Under the pieces are notes generated by a model, which was not told the DNA's origin, ran no database searches, and worked only from the letters and a program-made list of their open reading frames with translations. Position numbers and translations under genes: made by a program. From Syntrophomonadaceae bacterium (lineage in GTDB: Bacteria; Bacillota; Dethiobacteria; DTU022), in contig PWYU01000122.1 in NCBI GenBank assembly GCA_003567725.1, positions 44,201 through 108,200 of the forward strand: 64,000 nucleotides of DNA, given 5' to 3'. Below are positions 57,616 to 64,000 of the stretch, piece after piece (position 1 is the first letter of the stretch; every line of letters begins with the position of its first letter).

Positions 57616-59214
57616 TTGAAGAAGAGTCTTTTTATATTACTATGCTTGCTGATGGTAAGTGTACTGGTTATTGGCTGTGAAGCACCGGCCGAGTCGGATG
57701 AGGAAGAGGTTGATGAACCAGAAGAGCCGGTTGATGAGGAAAAAATGTTAGTCAGGGACGACCTGGTAGTAGCCCAGGGGTCTGATGTTGAGGATCTTGA
57801 TCCACATTTAATGGCCTCCATCCCGGCAGCTATCATTACAGAACATATCTTTGACACCCTGGTTACCCTGGACGAGGATTTTAACATCGTCCCCAGGTTG
57901 GCCGAAGACTGGACAATCAGCGACGACGGGTTGGAGTACACTTTTGAACTTAGAGATGATGTTGTCTTTACCGACGGCACGTCTTTCAATGCTGAAGTCG
58001 TCAAGTATAATATTGAGCGTTTGCTCGATCCGGGTACTCTTGCTTTGCTGCGCAGCTACATTGAAATGGCGGAAAGCGCTGAAGTAATTGATGAATATAC
58101 TGTAAAAATTAATCTCAAGTACCCTCATGCGCCTTTCCTAAGCCGTCTTACCGCTGCCAGCAACGCTATGGTAAGCCCGGAAGCGGTTGAAGAATACGGC
58201 GATAATTTTTCCCGCAACCCCGTTGGATCTAGCGCTTTCAAACTGGCAGAATGGGTGCCCGGCACTGAGCTGGTCCTGGAGCGCAACCCTGATTACTGGG
58301 GCGAAGAACCCGGTTTTGAAACGATAACTTTTGTACCCGTACCTGAAGATAGTACCCGCATGGCTATGCTCGAAGCCGGAGATGTGGATATTATTGTCAG
58401 GGTCCCCCCGCTTGATGCCGACCGTCTTGATGCCGAGGAGCATATCGATGTTATAAATGCCCCCAGCACCAGGGCTATCTATGCCGGCTTAAATGTTACC
58501 TTTGAGCCGCTTTCTGATCCAAGGGTTCGCCAGGCCTTAAACTACGCGGTTGATAAAGAAGAAATCACCGAAACCATTTTATATGGCGCCGGACGCCCCC
58601 TGGATTCACCGCTCTTGCCGGAGATGTTCCCCCACCGCCAGGTAGGACCTTATGAGTTTGATCCTGACAAAGCTAAAGAACTGCTTGCAGAAGCGGGTTA
58701 TGAAGACGGATTTGAAATGACTTTCCATCACCCCGAAGGAAGGTACCTGATGGACAGGCGTATTGCCGAAGCTATTCAAGGTTACCTTGCCGATGTTGGG
58801 GTTGATGTGGAAATGGAAACCATGGAATGGGCTGCCTATTTAGAATTTATCAGGAAACCCATTGAAGAAACAGAATCCAATATGTATCTATTAGGTTGGG
58901 GCCCATGGATCCTGGACGGAGATCAGATGCTATATCCTATGTTCTTAAGTGAGCAGGCTCCGCCGACCGGATCAAACTACGGTTTTTACGAAAATCCGGA
59001 GGTAGATGAATATTTGATCCAGGGCACATCTACCACTGATGAAGAGGAACGCATTGAAGCATATGGCAAAGCTCAAGAAATAATCTGGGAAGAGGCACCG
59101 TGGGTTTTCCTGCATGCTGAAGAACAGATTATTGCCAAGCATACTAATCTTGAAGATGTCTTGATCCTACCCATCGAACAGCTGCGTTTCCATAATGCCT
59201 ACTGGGGGCAGTAA
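57616..59214 (+). CDS. ABC transporter substrate-binding lipoprotein, family 5, with polyacidic linker (paralog of 41176-42786)
   Basis: 532 aa. Lipobox VIGC, then ESDEEEVDEPEEPVDEE, then the SBP_bac_5 fold. Confidence 0.85.
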   Translation: MKKSLFILLCLLMVSVLVIGCEAPAESDEEEVDEPEEPVDEEKMLVRDDLVVAQGSDVEDLDPHLMASIPAAIITEHIFDTLVTLDEDFNIVPRLAEDWTISDDGLEYTFELRDDVVFTDGTSFNAEVVKYNIERLLDPGTLALLRSYIEMAESAEVIDEYTVKINLKYPHAPFLSRLTAASNAMVSPEAVEEYGDNFSRNPVGSSAFKLAEWVPGTELVLERNPDYWGEEPGFETITFVPVPEDSTRMAMLEAGDVDIIVRVPPLDADRLDAEEHIDVINAPSTRAIYAGLNVTFEPLSDPRVRQALNYAVDKEEITETILYGAGRPLDSPLLPEMFPHRQVGPYEFDPDKAKELLAEAGYEDGFEMTFHHPEGRYLMDRRIAEAIQGYLADVGVDVEMETMEWAAYLEFIRKPIEETESNMYLLGWGPWILDGDQMLYPMFLSEQAPPTGSNYGFYENPEVDEYLIQGTSTTDEEERIEAYGKAQEIIWEEAPWVFLHAEEQIIAKHTNLEDVLILPIEQLRFHNAYWGQ

Positions 59215-59297
59215 CTATCGTCTTTAAAGTGAATAACTAGTTTAATCATTAGGCCCCTCAAACCCGGCTGGGTCACGGGGGGCCTAATAATCCTGAG

Positions 59298-59773
59298 GTG
59301 TTAACAGGCATAACTACTTACATAATAAAAAGGATCATGCTGGCCGTACCGGTGCTGATTGGCGTAATTGTACTGGTATTTTTCACGGTCCGTCTTACCC
59401 CTGGCCATGCTGCTTGCTCTCATCGGCACCTCCATCCCCGTATTCAAAATGAGTTTAATGATGATGATTATCTTTTCAGTAAACCCGGGCTGGTTTCCCG
59501 CTGCCGGCTCCGGGACCTGGTCGCATCTGCTATTATCCTATATTGCCCTTGCTACCGTGCCAACGGCCGTTTATCAACCGCATGACCCGCTCCGGTGTTT
59601 TTGAGGTCTTGAGGCAGGATTATATCCGCACGGCGAGATCAAAAGGGCTGCGCGAAAGAACGGTAATTATTTCCCATCCGGTTATAACCGTGACAGGGCT
59701 CCAGGCAGGCACCCTGATGGGAGGAGCAGTTTTGACCGGGTCAGTTTTTAACTGGGCCGGGCCAATGCCATAA
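59298..59773 (+). pseudogene. Degraded DppB/OppB-type permease remnant (frameshifts plus internal deletions)
   Basis: Three short overlapping frames encode recognisable DppB pieces: N-terminal …KRIMLAVPVLIGVIVLVFFTVRLTPG, middle …GWFPAAGSG…, and …MTRSGVFEVLRQDYIRTARSKGLRERTVIISHPVITVTGLQ…. The total span is ~475 bp against ~1 kb for an intact gene. No downstream dppC/D/F genes follow. Confidence 0.72.
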
Positions 59774-59954
59774 TTGCTAGCGGGGTGGTTTTTGTGCTCA
59801 TATATGCCCACCTGGTGCGCAGGTCAACTTTGATCATTAAAGAAATTAATTTTGTGCAGGCCTCCAGGACAAAAGTTTTAACCTGTTTGACTTTGCAGAT
59901 TCCTGGTGGTTTAAAAGTATTGTCGCCAGTATTGATAAAGACAGTTCTTTACCT

Positions 59955-61280
59955 TCAGATTGTGGAATTATTTCTGAAAAAAGGAGATCCGCCGGAACAG
60001 GGCATTGTGCTGCCTCCGTTAGGCATTAGATATGCCGGCGGAATACTGCCGTGTTTCTTTTTGATGAAGGCCATTGCTTCTTCAAGGGTTTTAATCGGGA
60101 TCATGCCCATCTGTTCCACCTGGTCGTCTGAAAGTCCTGATAAAACGAGAACATCATTTTCTTCAGCCACGACCGCACTATGGTAACCCATTTGACCGCC
60201 GATAGTATATTCTTGCCGCAATGCTGCTTCACGCTGATCATTGTTTGCGTAATCAGTGAAAACCGAGAAAAAGTCATCACTGCCAATTCCTTCACGGCTT
60301 TCGCTGACCAGCAGCAATGTGCCTCCTTTTTCAAGGGCAAAGTGAGCGTTATAGATTGTCTTGTAGGTTTGGTAAAAGTTTATATCTTTTGGGTATCCGC
60401 CGCATGAGGCAATAACCAGCTCGGAACGATCGGGGAGATTTACCCCGAAGTGTTCAGAAACCAGGTCACACCCTTTTCTGAATGCAGTGATATAATTACC
60501 GGCTACAACATAGGCAATTTGGTGAGTATCTTCGTTGATTATACTGTTAACCATAAACACCGGAGCAACCAGGCTGGCACCCTGGACCATATCGTCACTG
60601 CAGGGATTATCATCAATTTTTCCGGCGCAAACATCAGGGTTAAGCCCTCTGCCTTTTTCAGAACAGAAGGCTAGAGAGTGGTTTTTCATAATTGTTTCGT
60701 AGGATGATACCCCGGGAATAATTGCTTTTTTACCTCCACCCCAACCGGCGAGGAAGTGATAGACAATACCTCCGGTTAGAATAACCCTGTCTGCATCGGC
60801 CACCCGCTTGTTAATACTAACGGGGGTTCCGTAACTGGTTGTTCCTAAAAAGATCATTTCTTCTTTGTTGCGAGCCCGGTGGTCAACAACTTCTACCCTG
60901 CGATAAGCTTCTTCTCCCACCAGCAATTTATGCTCTTTTTCAGTTTGTTCGCGGTGGTCTCCTGTCGCTGAAATGATCATTATATTATTGTCTGCAATAC
61001 CACCCTTGTTAAGTTCATCAAGCAAAGGAGGAATTATAACATGGTGGCGCACCCAGGAGCGGGTCATATCGCTAATTATAATACAGGCTCTTTCTCCATT
61101 GTTAACCAGTTCTGAAAGGGACGCTGAATCGATTGGTTGTGCCAGTGCAGCTTTGACCAGTTTTTCTTCCGATTCAGGGACAGGCAGAGGTTTTGCTTCA
61201 AGCAGATGTTTTACCCGATCGTCCGGCAACTCTAAGGGTAAGGATTTATCACCGTAAAAAAGGTCTATTTTAATAATCAA
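59955..61280 (-). CDS. larA: Nickel-pincer-cofactor-dependent racemase/epimerase, LarA family
   Basis: 441 aa with an N-terminal DUF2088-type region and the …GGIVYHFLAGWGGGKKAI… core. The start is TTG, or ATT 3 nt later, next to SD GAGGAGG. Confidence 0.83.
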   Translation of the reverse strand: MIIKIDLFYGDKSLPLELPDDRVKHLLEAKPLPVPESEEKLVKAALAQPIDSASLSELVNNGERACIIISDMTRSWVRHHVIIPPLLDELNKGGIADNNIMIISATGDHREQTEKEHKLLVGEEAYRRVEVVDHRARNKEEMIFLGTTSYGTPVSINKRVADADRVILTGGIVYHFLAGWGGGKKAIIPGVSSYETIMKNHSLAFCSEKGRGLNPDVCAGKIDDNPCSDDMVQGASLVAPVFMVNSIINEDTHQIAYVVAGNYITAFRKGCDLVSEHFGVNLPDRSELVIASCGGYPKDINFYQTYKTIYNAHFALEKGGTLLLVSESREGIGSDDFFSVFTDYANNDQREAALRQEYTIGGQMGYHSAVVAEENDVLVLSGLSDDQVEQMGMIPIKTLEEAMAFIKKKHGSIPPAYLMPNGGSTMPCSGGSPFFRNNSTI

Positions 61281-61807
61281 AAGCCTCCTCGTTCACCGCT
61301 AATTGTGCCTCTTAACTCTCTGTCAACTGTATAGAGGCCTGCTAAGGCAGCGGGCCGGGTTTTCTTCCAGTTTTTCGTGCTTTCTTCAGGCTTTTTAACT
61401 AAAGTTGTATGCATATTCTGATCACCAGCATGTCTGTAGCTGGGAATAATTACAATACCCTGGTAGCAATATCTTTAAAAAGTTGTTTCTGTCAAAGTTG
61501 AGCACCCGGTTCACCCGCTCAGTCGAAAGCAATATCAGCCAAAGATAATAATTCACTTGCTTGCTGGGATTATAATACTACACTATTCTTATGCAGATCA
61601 AGCTAACCCGATCCTAAAACAGGCATTTTATCGATCTGATTTGACCTAACGCTATTTAAAGCAGCTAATAATGTTATGACTGGCCTAAAGAATAAAACTA
61701 AGGCCTATTCTATCTTTCCACAACACCGCAGATTTATGGTATGATAAAAAGTGTGTGAGTAATTAAAAGAACAGAAAGCTATTATAATTCGTTCGAGGAG
61801 GTATAGC

Positions 61808-62503
61808 ATGCAGTTAACTGAAAAACTATACTGGTATCCCTGGCAGGGCCGGGCCAACAACTGTAACAGCTACCTGTACAAAGGAGAGCAGTTGATTTTG
61901 TTTGACCCCGGCCACATCAACAATGAACTTAACGAGAACTGTCTGGAGATGCTCAGTTCCCAGGTAGCGGCCGACGGCTTTAACTTAAAAGATGTTGATT
62001 TGATTTTATGTACCCACGCGCACCCCGATCACATCGAAGCGGTAGGTGTAGTCCGCGAGCAAAGTGGGGCCCGCTCCGGGGTTCACCGGGAAGATGAGTT
62101 TATCATTGAGGCCATTAGCAGACATTACACCGAACAGGATGCAGAAAAGCCTCCATCACTTAAACCCGACTTTTATTTGGAAGAAGGCGACCTTGAACCG
62201 GGTTCAAACACCGGTAGTGGTGACGGGATAAAAGTTTTTCATACCCCCGGCCATTCGCCCGGTTGCGTCTGCTTTTATCTGCCTTTAGAAAAAGCGCTGA
62301 TCAGCGGAGACACTGTATTTGAAAGCAGTATTGGACGCGCCGATCTGCCCGGTGGAGATATGCAAACCCTGGGTCAGAGTGTAGAAAAGCTTTCTCGCTT
62401 AGAAGATGTAGAAATGCTTTTACCGGGTCACATGGGGTATGTGTCGGGCGCTTCAGCTGTCAAGCGCAACTTTGATCAGATCAAGCGTTTCTTTTTTGCT
62501 TAA
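61808..62503 (+). CDS. MBL-fold metallo-hydrolase
   Basis: 231 aa with HAHPDH and HTPGHSPG ligand motifs. SD GAGGAGGT. Confidence 0.8.
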   Translation: MQLTEKLYWYPWQGRANNCNSYLYKGEQLILFDPGHINNELNENCLEMLSSQVAADGFNLKDVDLILCTHAHPDHIEAVGVVREQSGARSGVHREDEFIIEAISRHYTEQDAEKPPSLKPDFYLEEGDLEPGSNTGSGDGIKVFHTPGHSPGCVCFYLPLEKALISGDTVFESSIGRADLPGGDMQTLGQSVEKLSRLEDVEMLLPGHMGYVSGASAVKRNFDQIKRFFFA

Positions 62504-62752
62504 ATATAAAGATCTCCGTTGATGTCTTGAGCGATATTGACCAGTCAAAGCTTAGTTTGTTTTTTAAGTTAGGGCTTGATTATAGAATCTTTCTTTGAAA
62601 TTGACTTTGCTTGCAGGCAGGAAAGATCTTAACTTTAGCGAATAGTTGAATTATTAAAACTGGTAAAATTTAAGCTTTCTGGCTCTAAACCTGATTGCGG
62701 GAAGCATAGCTATCTATGACCAGCTCATAAATTTATTAAAGGAGTCATGTTA

Positions 62753-63724
62753 ATGATTTATCACAACCATCAACGCCCGAACATCACTTTTGAACGTTAC
62801 AAGGGCAACCCGGTTTTAGAACCGGATCGCTGGCCTTACCCGGCCAATGCTACATTCAACCCGGGAGCAATCCGCCATAACGGCGAAACAATGCTCCTGG
62901 TCCGCGTGGAGGATATGCGCGGGTTTTCCCATTTAACTTTTGCCCGCAGCAAAGATGGCAAAACTAACTGGCAGATCGATGAAAAGCCTACCCTGATGCC
63001 CGAGCCCGAGTTTCACGAAGAACGGTGGGGGATAGAAGATCCGCGTATCGTCTGGCTTGAGGAATTGCAGAAATACGCCGTTACCTATGTTTCTTTTTCT
63101 AAAGATGGGCCCATGGTTTCGCTGGCCTTATCTGAAGACCTGCATCATTTTGAACGCCGGGGAGCTATGCTGCCACCTGAAGACAAAGATGCTTCGCTTT
63201 TTCCGCGCAAAATTAATGGAAAATACACCCTCATTCACCGCCCTATTATTCGCGGTGAAGCCCATATCTGGGTTTCCTGCTCACCAGATCTGGAGCACTG
63301 GGGCAACCACCAGATCCTGCTACCTGTTCGTCCGGGCTGGTGGGACACTACCCGGGTCGGTTTAGGTCCGCCACCTATCGAAACCGCTGAGGGCTGGCTG
63401 ATAATTTACCATGGGGTTAGAAATACCGTTTCTGGAAGCCTTTACCGGGTGGGCCTGGCTTTGCTCGACTTAGATGACCCCCGGAAAATTAAAAAGCGCT
63501 GCGATCAGTGGGTCTTTGGGCCGCATGAAGCTTATGAGAGGGTCGGAGATGTCCCCGGGGTTACTTTTCCCACCGGTACTGTGCATGATCCTGAAACCGA
63601 TGATCTGATCATGTATTACGGGGCTGCTGACTCTTATGTATGCCTGGCCATGGCCAAACTGCAGGATTTAGTCGATCATATTATAAGCTGCAATGATTCT
63701 GAAGAGGAAGGATTCTGCTATTAA
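62753..63724 (+). CDS. Glycoside hydrolase family 130 (beta-mannoside / glycoside phosphorylase-like)
   Basis: ~323 aa with a GH130 5-bladed propeller signature (…NPGAIRHNGETMLLVRVED…IEDPRIVW…). ATG at 62753 with a 9-nt SD spacing is preferred over 62747. Confidence 0.78.
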   Translation: MIYHNHQRPNITFERYKGNPVLEPDRWPYPANATFNPGAIRHNGETMLLVRVEDMRGFSHLTFARSKDGKTNWQIDEKPTLMPEPEFHEERWGIEDPRIVWLEELQKYAVTYVSFSKDGPMVSLALSEDLHHFERRGAMLPPEDKDASLFPRKINGKYTLIHRPIIRGEAHIWVSCSPDLEHWGNHQILLPVRPGWWDTTRVGLGPPPIETAEGWLIIYHGVRNTVSGSLYRVGLALLDLDDPRKIKKRCDQWVFGPHEAYERVGDVPGVTFPTGTVHDPETDDLIMYYGAADSYVCLAMAKLQDLVDHIISCNDSEEEGFCY

Positions 63725-63726
63725 GA

Positions 63727-64000
63727 TGAGAATTGCCATGCTCGCCCCCATATCCTGGCGCACGCCACCCCGTCATTACGGACCCTGGGAGTGGGTAGTC
63801 AGTATGCTCACTGAAGGCCTGGTCAAGCGCGGCGTGGAAGTCACCCTGTACGCCACCGGTGATTCTATTACCGGCGCTAACCTGCGCTCTGTGGCTCCCA
63901 GGCCCTGGTCTGAAGACGAAGAGTTGGAACCCAAGGTCTGGGAATGCCTGCATATCTCCAATGTTTTTGAAGAAGCAGCCTCTTATCAGCTTATCCATAA
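63727..64000 (+). CDS. GT4 family glycosyltransferase (3'-partial, runs off window end)
   Basis: The MRIAMLAPISWRTPPRHYGPWE…TLYATGDS N-terminus is typical of GT4 retaining glycosyltransferases. The start overlaps the GH130 stop. Confidence 0.7.

Noticed and set aside
59785-60186. ORF 59785-60186 (+), 133 aa.
   Set aside because: It starts in the permease pseudogene debris and runs antisense into the 3' end of larA. It has no RBS. At most it is leftover dppC-like sequence, not a gene.
1-64000. CRISPR arrays, IS elements/transposases, integrases, phage genes.
   Set aside because: No regularly spaced direct repeats with unique spacers were seen. No transposase or integrase-like ORFs appear among the translated frames.

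Overview
This 64 kb window looks like chromosomal DNA from a Gram-positive anaerobe, probably a Clostridia-type Firmicute. The evidence is strong AGGAGG-type ribosome-binding sites, frequent TTG/GTG start codons, and anaerobe genes (tungsten-type aldehyde:ferredoxin oxidoreductase AOR, lactate racemase LarA, lysine 2,3-aminomutase KamA, radical SAM enzymes). Gene density is high, and there are no transposases, phage genes or CRISPR arrays.

The housekeeping backbone is the 3' end of ribD, then ribE, ribBA, ribH, then polA, mutM and coaE. Further along are tRNA-Leu(GAG), aspartate aminotransferase, transaldolase/FSA and thioredoxin.

Accessory content is as follows:
- A fused GlpA-like/NAD(P)-FAD oxidoreductase followed by a DUF1667 gene.
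- Two MscS channels.
- A GntR-linked Opp/Dpp-type ABC operon lying next to AtuA and DUF4387 genes.
- A second ABC locus that has decayed: the binding protein is intact but the permease is a pseudogene.
- kamA, with a PaaK-like CoA ligase and an ACT-domain protein nearby.
- AzlCD.
- AOR followed by a MoaD-like gene.
- A MATE transporter.
- A GH130 glycoside hydrolase followed by a GT4 glycosyltransferase at the window edge.

The most interesting region is 18.6-29.2 kb. It holds a myo-inositol-1-phosphate synthase, an MshA-type GT4 glycosyltransferase, a PIG-L/LmbE deacetylase, a FemAB/BioF2-like GNAT-fold acetyltransferase and a CoA-transferase-GNAT fusion. An MscS channel, an MFS transporter, a metallo-beta-lactamase (MBL)-fold hydrolase and an aldo-keto reductase (AKR)-ferredoxin fusion are interspersed. 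This resembles a mycothiol-like GlcN-inositol pathway but lacks MshC, so it may make an undescribed inositol-glycoside thiol or osmolyte.

The window also carries a dense, modular family of intergenic repeats, at least 8 copies. There are GC-rich palindromic elements flanking a ybaK-like gene. A promoter, a Phe-rich mini-ORF and a terminator form a candidate leader or small RNA unit. A 10-nt poly-C tract changes the catalytic His of the LmbE motif to Pro.
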